From the NCBI RefSeq assembly GCF_022539665.2, contig NC_081334.1, forward strand, positions 1,798,001 through 1,862,000: 64,000 nucleotides of DNA, in the 5' to 3' direction. This document shows positions 38,601 through 51,611 of this stretch, in pieces. The translations under genes were made by a program, and so were the position numbers. The notes under the pieces were generated by a model. It searched no databases. It was not told the origin of the DNA and saw only the letters and a list, made by a program, of their open reading frames with translations. How positions within the stretch are numbered: position 1 is the first letter of the stretch; the number at the start of each line of letters is the position of its first letter. The DNA is from Daphnia carinata. Lineage: Eukaryota.

Positions 38601-41600
38601 TGTGCGTCCGCATCGTGAGTCCGCGAAGTAACGAGGCCGGAGTCACACCCAAGAGTCCGGCGACGGCTTTAAGCTCGGCTTCGTGCGTCTCGCACTGCCC
38701 CCCACCTCCGCTCGTTTCGTGAAATTGGAGATTTCCGAGAAGGAGGACGGCGGCCAGTACGCGCACCACATCCAAGAATGGAATGCCCAGTACACCTGAT
38801 AAAATGGAAAAAAAAACAAAAAAAAAAACCCGCAAATGATTAGATAACAATGGCCTTGTTGGGCGGACCCGCCCACTCAATCTAAAAAAATTTGAAAACA
38901 AAAAATCAATGGAGGGCACGAATACCAAGACATGCTTTCCAGTTGGCAAATCGCCGGGCATCTTCAGCCTGGTTGCATCGCGTGTCACCGCGATTGAGGT
39001 AGCGCAGGTTGTCGACGGAATAGCCTTCGAGGGAAAGTCGTGCCCGTTCTTCAGCCGTTAATCCGGCCAACATCTGGTAAAAGATGTGGTAATTCTTCTC
39101 CTGGGCCAATTGGCGGACGACACGCGTCTGGTCCAAGAAATAGCAGTGGATCTTGGTCCGGTAGAGAGCTCCGTCCGTCACTTGCACTTCGATAAAGTGG
39201 CCCTACATTTTTGAATTTTAGAAATTTTTTTTTTTTTTTTTCAAAGTTTAATTAAATATGAGGACATTTAAATTTTGGGGGAATGGTAATGTAATTTACG
39301 ATGCGGCTGGATTCTGAATTGGCCTGCGTTTTAGCGCTGCCCAGGGATCGAAGAACGGTAAAGGCGGCGGCAAGATGCTTGAAGGCGTCCGTTTCGGGTC
39401 CGCCACCGGCCACGTCAAACAACTGCCGGAGGAGAAGCATAGAGGCGTAGGTTTTACCCGAGCCACTGCATCCGGACAGGATGATGGCTTGAGGGTAACC
39501 GGTTTCCGACTGTTGGCGTACAGCTTCTTGGACGACACGCACCAGTTGAGGCTTTTGGACGATGTTGCGGGTACTGGATAAGGTCAAGGCGTTGCCCACT
39601 TCGTTGTACGGATTGAAAGCCAAGAGAATCGGTCCGATGTTTGTCTTCATAATTAAAAAAAAAAAAAAAAAAAAAAAAAAGATGTTAGAGTGTTGCTCTT
39701 CTATCTGTGACGAGTTGCAATTCTTTGTTTTGTTTTTTTTGTTTATAACATTTGAATGTTAAAAATCCTTACGAAGAATTCGTCGGCATAGAATCTAGCC
39801 TGCAGCGTCTTGAGGACGGCATCTTCTGTTAATGGTCCAGCCAAATGGATCAGATCGTCGACATTAGACGGCGAAGATCGGGCGGCTCCTCTTCGTAGCG
39901 TGCCGCCTCCTCCAGAGCACAACTCGTTGTTGCGTCTCTTCAGAGCATCGCCATTTTCTGTTTCGAAATCATCAAACATTTCGAGTTTCATTAATAAATT
40001 TTTCCGGTTGTAACATTTCATTGATCCATTAGCCGTTACGAAATAACAGTCATACAATGAAAGCGTGGGAGTTTGCGGTGGACGGTTCATTTTCAGACAG
40101 GGGGGAGGAGGAGGAATTATCATGGAAGAAAAAGATATGGCCGCCGTGTCCACCAGCGCGCTTACTTTGCCAGAAAATGTTACAACATTTTCTAGTTACT
40201 TGATGAATATTCAATTAGAAAAAAGAGGGACCCCATAAAAAAAAAAAAAGGGGGGCATGATAAAAAAAAAAAAGATGACTGGAACCATTTTCTTTCTTTT
40301 GGAGAGAGCTATCTTTTTTTTTTCTTTCTTATTTTTCATTCTTTGAAAAAAAAAAAAAAAAAAAAAAAAAAGAAAATGGCGGAAACTTTAACCGGTTACT
40401 GGCCCCGGAAGGCTGTGTGGAAGAAAAAAAAATGGCGATAACACAGCGGAGCCCTTCCACCACACCTACAGGGGGGAGGGGGGGGGGGGGGGGGGGTTCG
40501 GAGGAAGATTGCGGTCATTGGGAGGAAGGTGGTTGTCGAAGAGGAGGGTTAAAAAAAAAAAAAAAGGTAAGGAAGGCTCGAGACCAACTGCAGGCCGGCC
40601 AGTTCGCAGTTTCGGCATGAAAGGCCGTTTTTATTTATTTCATAGATAATGTACAGAAAAAAAAAGGGGGAAAAAAGCAAAAGGTACCTGTCTGATCCGT
40701 TTTAGCGGTGGAATGCGGAGGCTGTTGAGACTGCGAAGCAGTCAAAGAGCTCGGCTGGAGGGAGGTGGGCGCCGAGAGCACGAGGCCCGTTGAATGGGTC
40801 GAGTGGGCGGCCGAGTGGGGCGACGACGACGAAGTGGCAGACCCCAACTCTCCTCCAGCGCTGTCGCCGCCTTTGGTGGCCAGCGCGGAAGAAATCGCCG
40901 CAGGCTGTGGCTGCTGATGTTGTTGCTGTTGTTGTTGTTGTTGTGGTTGAGGCAAACGGCCCGGTCGTAACGTCCCTACGTCCCCGTTGGTGCCAACGCC
41001 TCGCAATCGCTGCTGTTGCTGGTGCGCTTGTTGTTGCTGCTGTTGTTGCCCGTGTGGCTGCTGTTGTTGCTGTTGTCCGCCGTTGCTGTTGTGCACCGAC
41101 TCACCCATCGACGACGAAGCATCTGAGGGCAATACCGAAATTCAGTTATTATTTATTATTACGTCATCTCGGCTTTGATTATTTTTTTTTTCTTATTTCA
41201 TTGTAGGACTTGGTGGAATTTTGCGGGGGGGGGGGGGGGGTTTACCCTTCGATGAATTTTGAATTCTTTCAACACACCACAAAAAAAATTGAACTTTTTG
41301 ACTCTTTCTTTATTTGATTTCTTGTTTTTTTTTCTTCTTTTAAAGAAAAAGGAACAAGCCTTTCATTTGATTTGTGGGAGGAGTTTTTAAGATCTCAGCT
41401 GGAAACAACCAGACTAGAAAAAAAAAAAGAAAATAAAAAAGAAATGGAGGATAGTGAAAAGAAATATATATATATATATATATATATTATTTTGTTTAAT
41501 AGAGAAAAAAAAAAGAAAGATAAAAGAAACAAGACTATTATAAATACAAAAGAGAAGTAGTTGCCCTGCAGCTTCCCATCGGCCGATTTCAGGTGGAGGG

Positions 41601-43197
41601 GGGAAACACATAAAAGAAGAAAGGCTCCGGAGAGAGAGAGAGCGCCACGGGCGGAGGAATGACACGCTAATGACAGGTACAATGAATCTTTTCTTTTTTC
41701 TTCTTCTTTTTCCTTCTTTTTCTTCTTTTCTTTTCTTCTCCACTTGTTGGTCCGTTGCCCCTCTCTCCCCCTCCGGTTCCAAGGGCATCGACGATCCATC
41801 ATCACACGGAAAAAGAAAATAAAAAAAAAGAAAGGTAAAAAGCCAAAAGAAGAAGAAGAAAAGCCAAGTTTACACGCTACCACAAGATGCTGTGTGTGGT
41901 AGAGGGGGATAACACATTTTTTTTTTTAACTTAAAAAATTGTTGACAAGACAACACAAACAAGTTGTGCGAATCTAGAAACTTGACACACACACACACAC
42001 GAAAGAAAAGAGGATTTAATTTTTTTTTTTGGAAGGGAAAAAAGAATTTGATATTTGAACGAAGCAAGAAGCTGTTCATGTGATACGAGCATCTTGTGCG
42101 TGTGTGTCCTATCCCTCAGGATCTTTTGCATCTCATTAGTTTTTTAAAGAAAAGAAACGACGAGAAAATGCCCACGCTCAGAAACGAGAACGAGGGGAGA
42201 CTGGACAATTTAATAGTTTCAACATCAACTGTCCATCTTTTCTTTCTTTTTCAGTCCTAACGATTTCGAATTTTTCTTCTTCTTTTTCCCGCCTTGATTT
42301 TTATTTTTTTTTTCCTTTCGTTTCGTTTTGAATCTGGTGGTAAGAGACCGCCCTACAATCTTCCCACAAACGCTGACCTGTCATTACAGCGCGTAGAGTA
42401 GTGTGTCTACCGAGGCTAGCACTTAACCTGCAGCCATCCTCATCAGCATCCTCCATCGATCTCTCTCTCAACGCACACACTCCCTGCTTCAATCGGCTAG
42501 GCAAGATTGAGTGATTGAAATCATCTTTTCTTTTTGCATCAGCTACTGCTGTTAGAATTACTAGGACCACCACGTACAGACACGAGAAAGAAAAAAAAGA
42601 GAGGAAAAATGATGAATCATCTTTCGTTTTGCTTCTATCTCTTGCTCTCCCCACATTTATGTAGAAGCAAATGAAAAGCTGTTTCCGGCTCTGTGTGTGT
42701 GTGTGTGTGTATTGTTTATTTCATCACGGGCTGATGGAATCAATCGATTCAACAGCGCCAAGCAAGAGAGTGGGCGTGTCACGGAGTTACTTAAGCCCTT
42801 TTTGCTTCGCCCCCCCCCCTTCATCCTCCAATTTGGGAGCGTGATTCACGCGGCGATGGGTGGCGCATGCTGCCGCACTGCCACTCACGCAACTGGTGGT
42901 GCAGTGGGGAACGTACACACACACACACACACACACACTCACACGTATAAATAAAATTTTAAAAAAAAAGGGAAAAAGACACACACACACACAATCATGG
43001 TTATTAAAACGACTGGTGCATCACGTTAGAGTGCAAACAAATCACGAACCAGAGATTTTTTGATGAGCAGTTGTTCTGGCGGTGTCTCTAGCAGACGACG
43101 CCAGAGATACAAACAAACAAGACAAACCGTTAAAACACAAAAAAAGAAAAGAGATACACGCCCTAACAGTTGTGTTTAGTAGCAAACGAAGAAGAAA

Positions 43198-43246
<49 letters not shown>

Positions 43247-43662
43247 TCGTTTCCTTCTGTTTTCTCCTCAACCTCATTCTCTGTCTCGTCTCGCGCTCTT
43301 CTTACCCCACCCAAATGGCCTCTTTTCCCTTCCAGGTGCAATCTGCAATGGCTAAAGCCCCTTCTCAGATTCGTTTCGAAATCGATCACAACCCAGACAA
43401 GACCAAAAAAAAAAAACATTCACGTTCGGGAAAACAAAAAAGGAGGGAAAAGATCTAGTCGTGAGTCCAAGTTGGCACAGCTCGTTGCCAGTCGAGACAA
43501 AAAAAGAATGAAAGAAAAGTGACAATATTCTTAACAATTGAGAATGTGATGAATTAGTTAAATGAGAATACCTTGAACTTTACGCTCCGTTTCCCAGAAT
43601 TTCTGCAATTCGGTAAAGTATTTGTCCAGGATGAAGACTTTGGACAGGCCGATGGTCGCCAT
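35602..43662 (-). CDS. dachs: Unconventional myosin Dachs (Fat/Hippo pathway)
   Basis: Exon 43662-43572 (MATIGLSKVFILDKYFTELQKFWETERKVQ), poly-Q exon 41122-40688, then myosin motor exons (DDLIHL, NPY, P-loop GCSGSGKT, NSESSR, EKNYHIFY, ILDMFGFE, LEHLCINL, HFIRC), IQ motif IQSTWRG and C-terminus ...HVPYQFLELKPNSQQPGVDI*. About 15 exons; the splice phases I checked are consistent. Confidence 0.9.
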
Positions 43663-46541
43663 TTTCCCCCCTATCCCCCCCTCCCTGTTCCCAGTTTCTC
43701 AGCGACAACTGCACCACTCGGTTCGTTGAGAGAGAAGAATCAAACCACCATCACACACATACACACACACACATACGCAGGTAGGCACAAATTGAACACA
43801 CACACAGACACACACACGACGATGGCTAAGCTCAACAAGTTCACTGGCCGAAAAACGGTCTTTCTTCTGAGAAAACTAACAAGTGTATTTTCGTACTGGT
43901 TGAGTGTGTACGAACGGGTCAAAGTGGTAAGTAATCACGGCGCGCGATGGCCGTACCCATAAGCAGCAAGAGCGGCCATGGCTCGCGCTCGCGGGTATCA
44001 ACTGAACTCGGCCGAGAGGGAAGAGCAACTGGTGGTGGCGGTTGGCCACTCTTCTTCTTCTTCTTCTCTTGGGATGTATGTGTGTTAGCCCCCCTCTCTT
44101 TCTTTTCTTCCCTACCTGTGCTAAGGTGCTTTTTTGCTGCACACTAGTTTTCATTCTATTCGTCTCCCTATTCTTTTCTTTCGTTCTTTTGAACCTGTTG
44201 TTCTATGCCCTTGAGGGATGTGGAGGCGCTAGTTGCAAAGTGTTGTCCGACACACTGGCGCTCTCGGTGTTACCCACTTGGACTGGATGTATCGGAATGG
44301 GAGAGAAAACCCAAGAAAAACGAAGGAATAAAGAAACAGTGGAGAATGAAAATTTCCTTTTAAGAAGAAGAAGAAGAAGAAGAAGAAGACGAAGGGAAAA
44401 AAAAAACAAAAAGCTGATCGGTCTTCGTCATTGTCCCGCGGTCAGGCCCAGAGGAATCACATTGAAAACAAAAGAAAATCCTCGGCCTCCTTCTCCTTGA
44501 CTTTGACCTTGTCCTCGCCCATTCGTCGTCCACAAGAAATCACGTCCACAAGTAAACACGTATGCAGATTTCATTTTAATTTTTTAGCTAAGCCCCGTTT
44601 CCCTCTAAAAAGGCAATGAAAAGGGCGCGTGTTGTCTGTCACGTGATTTTTCCCGGTCTTTTTCGCCACCCTTTCTCTAATGATGGCCGTTGGCGCGCGC
44701 GCCATTAGCTCATCGTCCTGGTTGTGGGTTCAAGATGGATGGGGGCAAGAAGGATGGACTGTGGATTACATTTACCTCCCTCTATGGCACTGATATGTGT
44801 GACCTCACACCATTGAAATTATTTTAAGACAACAGTACGGCAGCAACAAACGGATGCCGTACTGGTGAGACAGTGAGGAACGTGACTACCAAGAAAACTA
44901 TTCCTGTTCAAGAAATTTTTTCGTTCGGCAAAATGATGATTCTCTTCCGTTCTTCTGGGCACGAAGGTAAGAAGGTTAAGTTAAAAAATTCTTTTTTTTT
45001 TCTTCCTTTTTTAGCAGGTAATGAAACCGTAAAATACGTGTCCCCCCCCCCTCCTTTTTTAAATTCATGCAAGTCACGAAGGTGATCGACCGGTACTCTG
45101 TTTCAAAAGTATTGATTTTAATGACCGCTAGATGGCTGTAGTGCATTGGATGGCCACATGTTCATCCATGTTTGATCAGATTTTTTATCATATTAGGTGC
45201 TTCTCACGAAGCTCATCGTATGTATGAATAAGTGAAGTGCCTAATGGAAAACAACAAAACAATCGTAAGTTATGTCTTTCCTTTTTTAACTATGGGAAAC
45301 ACAATTTTTCTCCCTTAAATAACAGTAACAAATCAAAGTTGGGAAATTCGTGGTAGACTAACGGGCCGCCAACGCGATGTGTCGCAAATGTTGAACATTT
45401 GGGTAAACCATTTTTTTCTTTTTTTTATGAGAAAGAGAAAGCCCGGAAACTATTCTCCTTCACACACAAAGAAACTCAATAAAATAAATAGAAAAAGAAA
45501 AAAAAAAACGGGAAAAATGAAAGAAGCTCATCGAACATCGTGGTGGCGGACGATCGTCTGCGGTTTTTCGACTTCGTTCTTTAATTTGTAATTTATTTTT
45601 CGTTTCTTTCTGCTCGTTCGTTGATGAAACGGGTGACTTGTTCTTCTTGAAAGCCACTTTATCGCCCAGTCGTAAAACAAATATAGATTTACTGCACGCA
45701 TATTCAGAAAAAAGAAAAGGGTTTAAGAAAAAGGCAAAACAAGGGGAAAAAGACAAACGGTGCATTGGCCTTCGTAAGCAAAATAGTTACAAAATTCGCC
45801 ACGGTAAACCAGACCACATTCTTTTTACGTGTATTTTTATTTCATTTTTAGGGTATGAGGAGTTTCCTCTTACGCCGACCAAATGAAAATGAAGATGAAA
45901 AAGGGAGATGGGCTCATCAAACGTGTGATGTTTTATGGCGTGTTCTCCCCCGCTGTGGCTGTCGTCAAACAAGAGAAATGGCGCCATCTCTTTCTGTTCG
46001 CTAAACAAGTACTGAGATGAATGTAGTTCTTCACGTCGCCTCTTGCAGCAAAAACGAGAACAAACGAAACGAAAAGGTAGACCGTAAACCTATTGTGTCG
46101 ATACTTGTTTCCCACATAACGTCTAAGGAACATCCGTAACAAGAACCATGTGTCGCCGATGGAACTCCCGCTAGATGGCATGCAAGTATTTCTGTATTTA
46201 TTTCCTATGTTTTTTTTTTATTTGATTTTCCCACACAACCGTAACAGCGATAAAGCCTAACAGAAAACACGACGCAAGAATTCCGTTGTGTGAAAATCAG
46301 AAGCTAAAACGACCAAAAACTATCATACACTTTGTTCAAAACTATGAAAAGCGACTCTGAAAAATTCCCAACTGGCCGAAGGAGACCAACCGGAAACTAA
46401 TACCAGTCAATCTTCCGCCAATGACTGGCCGGCTGAAAAAAAAAAAAGGAGTTGGACCGAGCGAAACAACCCAACGAAATAATCCTTAAACGAAAGAAAG
46501 TAAAGAAAGAAAAAAAAAACTGTTTGTAATCAATGACTTAC

Positions 46542-47370
46542 TATGATATTTGGCCGTGAAGAATCGCTGGCGATTACGGGGTAGTGTCCCGTAAGTCGAA
46601 AGTTTTCTGGAAAGCGCCGAGGCCGACTGCTGGTCCACCACCGTCGACGACGCCCCTGTTGGGTACGACGGATGATTGACTCTATTTTGGTTGTTGTGTC
46701 GATGTTGTTGCCGCTGGAGCGCCCATTGAGAATCGAGCGATTGGGGACCAACGGCCTCTTCACTAGAACTGCCACTTTGATAGGCCCAGCCAGCCGTGCC
46801 CATGGTCCCATTGCCATTAGCCGATGGATGTTGATGATATTCCGGATAATGATGGGTCGTAAACTGTTTGTGGAATCCACGATTACTCGCCAGCTGGAAG
46901 CCATTATCGAACTGCCGTTGTTGTTGTTGTTGATGATGATTTTGTTGCTGCCGATCTTGTTGACGGAGCACAAACTGGATGCGGTCCGTGATGGACACAG
47001 AGATCGGTCGAGCGTGATGATAGTAAGGTTCCGGCCTCGAGGAACAAGTCGGACGATGATGGATGGCTCGCCACTGACCGAATCCGCCGTCATCACTCCA
47101 CTCGCTGGAGAAATGCTGATGACTCTCGCTCCGGTTTTGCACCAATCGATCACACGATTTCCCTCTTGGACGTTCTTTGGCCGTCGTCTGATGCTGATGA
47201 ACATCCGCCCGACGTCCGACATTCTTTAGCGGTGGCGGCTGTTGAGTCTGTCCTCCCTTTAATGGCCGGTTCTTGCTAATTACCTGGTCGGCCTGCTGTT
47301 GCTGTTCCGCTGTCTGCTGATGATTATGTTTGCCTTTACCGAGAACCGAGGCCACGATAAAGTTCTTCAT
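46542..47370 (-). CDS. Candidate alternative first coding exon of dachs (Q/H/S-rich, 276 codons)
   Basis: ATG-initiated open frame ending at a strong GTAAGT donor in phase 1, matching the phase-1 acceptors at 41122 and 39957. Contains YGTLPR. Confidence 0.55.
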
Positions 47371-49085
47371 CTTTTTTTCCCCTTCTCGGTCGCGCTGCTA
47401 TTTTCCTATTCAATTTCGGTGCAACGTCAAAATGACCAAGAACCGCATGGGTACGATCCGAGCCGCACGCAGCCAAAAAGAAAACGAGTTCATTCGAACG
47501 GAACAGTCGACTTTTGGGAAGAAAAACACACACACAAAAAGAACTATGGTCGTGTGTGGGTTGTTGTTTCTAGCGTAGCAGACTACGCACACTAAAAAGC
47601 ACAACTGAACGAGCAGTGAACGGTGGTTGGTTGTTGTGTGCCCCGTGCCATCGACTATAAAGTACTGAAGGTTCTTAATACCGGCTCCCTTTATTTTGCC
47701 TCTCTTTCTTTTACCCGTCTCCCTCCCCCTTTTTTTTTCCTTTGGTTTTCCTTCCCTTCGTGCTGAAGCAAGAAAAGCAGCAAGCAACAGGAGCGGGTGC
47801 GGTTTTCTTTTTCTCCGTCTCCGGTCACGTGGGGGTGGTTTTCTTTTCCTTCGATATGGTGATGTCTTTGGCGCCGGCGGGCGGACAAGCGAGCCAGCAG
47901 GCCCCGAATGCCAGCTAATATAGCTTGCTAGGTGGGCGGGCGTCAAGGCGACCGTACTCGCCCCTTAATGAAAAACGAAGCAAACAAGAAAATGAAATAA
48001 AAAAATGAAAAAGAAAAAAACAAAACAAAAACAACGGGTCTGCATCTTGCACTGCCTTTTTACCTGCTGATTGATTTAATCTTTGATGAGCGCTAGGGAG
48101 TCGAGGCTCCTGGTTTTCCTTTTTTTTTCTGATGCCACTACCAGTTCTCACTCCCGTTAGTCTACTTTATTAGAAACGATGCCTCTTGAATGCCAATTAC
48201 CGCCAAGGACGAAGCCAAAAACGAAACAAGTCAGGCAGCTCTCCAAAGAATTCATTGAAAGCGCGACAACGCCTGAACTCACGGCTGTCCAAAGGCGTCA
48301 TCCCCGATTGCACGACATTTTGATTAAGAGTCTATTACTCAGGTTACTCCGTCAACTAAATGATTAGATTTTTTTTTTCTTTCTTTTTTCTTCTTTTTTT
48401 TTTCCAGAAGCCGTGAAGGTAAGCAGCCAGGAAATCGTGTGTGTACAGGAGAGAGGCGCTCGATCTGACGATCGCAATGATACGGCGTGCTCGTCAACCT
48501 GTTTCAACAGGCTTTTTCGGTGGTTTCTTCTAAACCTCCTGGGGTTGATGTTTCTCCAGCAAATGGTGGAGTCTGACCTGCACGCCGACCTCTGACAGAA
48601 GCAATGTGTGAAAAAAGAGGTAAGAAAGATAAAGGCGGCGATAAGGCCGTGAGTTTCTTATAGTCAACCAAATGAGAATGAATGATATTTTAAAAAGAGC
48701 ATTTTTTTTTTCTTCTCGTTTCAAAACGGTGGTGAGGAAGAAAACACACTCTTGGGGAAGCCTACGTAATCGCCGCAGGCAGTTTTCCATGACTTCCGTT
48801 TCAAAAACTCTATATAATCAATGGGGTTCTCGATGACACACACACAAGAATTGGGTAAGGAAATGCAGAAACCAGTTGATCGCGTTTGTTCTTTTAGACG
48901 GACTTTTATCGAAAGAGCACCGAAACGGGGTTTCAAACTGCTATTTAAACATCGATTACTACAAACAAGGATTTTATTGCACAAAAAAAAGCGATAAAAG
49001 GAACACGTGACGAGATGGTAAAGGTATCAAGTTACTGGGAAATTATATCTATTATTGGTTTGGTTTTCCAATCAGCCCGACGGAG

Positions 49086-50390
49086 CTAATTGCGGACGTG
49101 TGGGTCTGGAATGGCGTGCTGCGTGTCGCATGTGAATGCGATTGTAATAGCGTAACGGGTCCCTGGGTGACTTTCTCCACGTAATGCAAATTTTCTCCTC
49201 CCGACGTGAACATCGAAATTCGACCTGAAAAATAACCATCGAAAATTAGGGAAATTCTGCGCCAGTTTGGTAAAAACAAATGCATTCCAATCAATCACCT
49301 TTTCGGGGCTCCACGGTGCGATTCATGCGGTCGCCATCGACAAAGACGAAGCGGCCTCCATCGAACTCTGACCCGTAGTCACTTAAATACAGTAGCGAGG
49401 TGAAGTGAAAAGTTTCGTAAGTTTCCTTGGTTAGAGACGAAGGCAAACAAATATGGAAGAAAAAAAAAAAGAGGAATGGAAGAGGCATACTTCAGACCAC
49501 AGTGAGAAAGTTTTTTTTTTTTGATTTACCTTGTCAACATGTGGATGCCAGTATTCATCATGGACGGTTTTTGCCGGGTTCTCTGTCATGCGGGAGAAAA
49601 ACGTCGGGGAAGTCAGGTGGATGGCTCCCAATTGTAGGCCAAAATTTTCTATAATTGCTCGTCTGATTGTTTCTTTGGCATCTCTGTGGTATTTGATTTA
49701 CGTAAACAGCTGCATTTTATAACACATAAAGACAAATATTTAGGCTTACACATAGGAAGCTAGTTCAGCCTCAGACCAGATGTTTTTTGTTTCAGGATTG
49801 CTGAAGATATTGATGAACCTTTCCCCTTTCGACAAAGCTCCTGAGTGCAAGTCAAGTATACTTGCTCCCCCTGAAGAATGCCCAAATTGCAACCCCTTTT
49901 TAAATATGCCCAGCAGAGTGTTCAGTTGGTCTTCCTGGAAGAGACCATCCATCACAAAACGCCCACACTGTTTGATTGCACAACCTTTAGCACAAAGCAA
50001 GAAATTTTTAGAATAAAGGTGTGATGGTTGGGACAACTACAAATTACCTTCAAACTTGTTTATCTCATCATGAAAGGCTGTTGAACAAATTAATGGCTGT
50101 TTGACTTTAGCTACAGTTTCCTGCTGTGATACCCAGGTGATTTCATTTGTTTTCTTCCATTTCATCACAATTACTATTACCAGAACGCCCGTCATCAAAA
50201 CAGCTCGTGACCAGATCTGGTCTTCCTTTCTAATACCCATGGGTCCGAATATCTTCTTGCCAGCTTCTTTACTGTTTGCTGATTTCTTTTCATCCACGAT
50301 ATCGCTGGCATTTTTTTTGCTGGATTCACTGGTACTTTTCTTTAGAGTTGACTTTTTTGCACTGCTCCTTAGTTTTAACTCTGAAACCAT
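49086..50390 (-). CDS. OGFOD3: 2-oxoglutarate/Fe(II) oxygenase domain protein 3-like (type II membrane); apparent 1-nt frameshift in the last exon
   Basis: N-terminal TM segment, then GGASILDLHSGALSKG, HDEYWHPHVDK, FTSLLYLSDY..FDGGRFVF, GRISMFTSGGENLHYVEKV and, in another frame, GTRYAITIAFTC. Five exons. Confidence 0.88.
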
Positions 50391-50689
50391 TATTGAGGTC
50401 CTTTCGGTTATTTGAGCAATTATACCTTCTCAAAATTAAAGCTATGGTAGTTTCGTCAAACTTTGTTTACAAATTTGACAGTTTGCCACAACTACACGAT
50501 AATTCCGTCAGAGGGCTACAGGCTTTAAATTACAAAACATGGCAACAATGTTATTTCGTTCGAAAAATATTCTGTTACAACTTACAAGAACGGTTTTTTG
50601 TGGAGAACTTTGACAATAGCATCTGAAAAGCAAAACAAAAGTGCAAATCACAAGACCTTATTTACAAATTTTGAAAAAAAGACGTTAAA
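50391..50689. promoter_or_regulatory. Probable bidirectional promoter (OGFOD3 / Spc24-like)
   Basis: Head-to-head start codons only 300 bp apart. Confidence 0.6.
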
Positions 50690-51503
50690 ATGGAGTACGA
50701 TAGTATTATGGACATCTCAATGAATTTGAATATTGACAATATAAGTGCAGTGAATGACGTGAGCATGGAACTGTCAATCCCTGCAACACCAACACCCCAA
50801 TCATGGGCTAATACAACAACGACACTTAAAAAAACAGATATAATAGAAATAGTGAAAAAATTGAATTCTAAAATACCCAATTCAAAAGAACTTCTTGAGA
50901 GGCAGGAAAAAGCAATTGCCGGTAAGTAAATAGTTTAATTGCATGATTAACACTGCTAAATTTTACGTTTGCATAGTGGCAAATGAAAAGCAGAAAGCAC
51001 TGGAAACAGAACTGTCAAATATAGAAATGAAACTTCAAGAACACAAGAAGGCACTTTCCATAGAAATTTCGGAAATTCAGTCAGCCAAACAAGAAGTGAA
51101 AAACACAATGTCTCAACTCACTAGCATTCAGAACAGAATAAAAGGGTTAACAAAGGAAGCAGAAGATATGAAGACCCAAACCTCTTCATCCAACAAAGAA
51201 AATATATCCGAAAAGTATATTCACTTCTTAGTTAGTCTGTATGGTATTTTTTTATTTTATCTATTTAAAAAATTTAGGTGTAAAGTGGACCTCTATCGCC
51301 AACTTACCGGTGTCACCTTTGCCCGTCATAATCCAAATTGTCCGCACGAACTCAAGGGTTTTGTGGCTTGCTCAGGTCCTACAACTAATCTGAAGACATT
51401 TACCTTTAACACGGCTGAACATTCATCCTCTCTGATGGGTGGCTATATATGGAACGTTCTGGAAGATATGCATACGAAGAACTGGGAAGATCTTAGTAAA
51501 TGA
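50690..51503 (+). CDS. SPC24: Kinetochore Ndc80-complex subunit Spc24-like
   Basis: Exons 50690-50921, 50977-51214 and 51278-51503. Long coiled coil followed by LYRQLTGVTF...KGFV...FTFNTAEHSSSLMGGYIWNVL, which resembles the Spc24 globular C-terminus. Recognised by motif only. Confidence 0.65.
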
Positions 51504-51611
51504 TACCGCCATTTAATTGCCTCTATGGTCATTTACGTACGGGTGGGTTGCTAAAACCTTTCCTTATGGGATTTCATTAGGTGGGCCGTAGCCAAAGTGT
51601 TTGCATGTAAA

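Noticed and set aside
42301..42654. MEDADEDGCR... as another dachs first exon
   Set aside because: Its donor is phase 2, incompatible with the phase-1 downstream acceptors.
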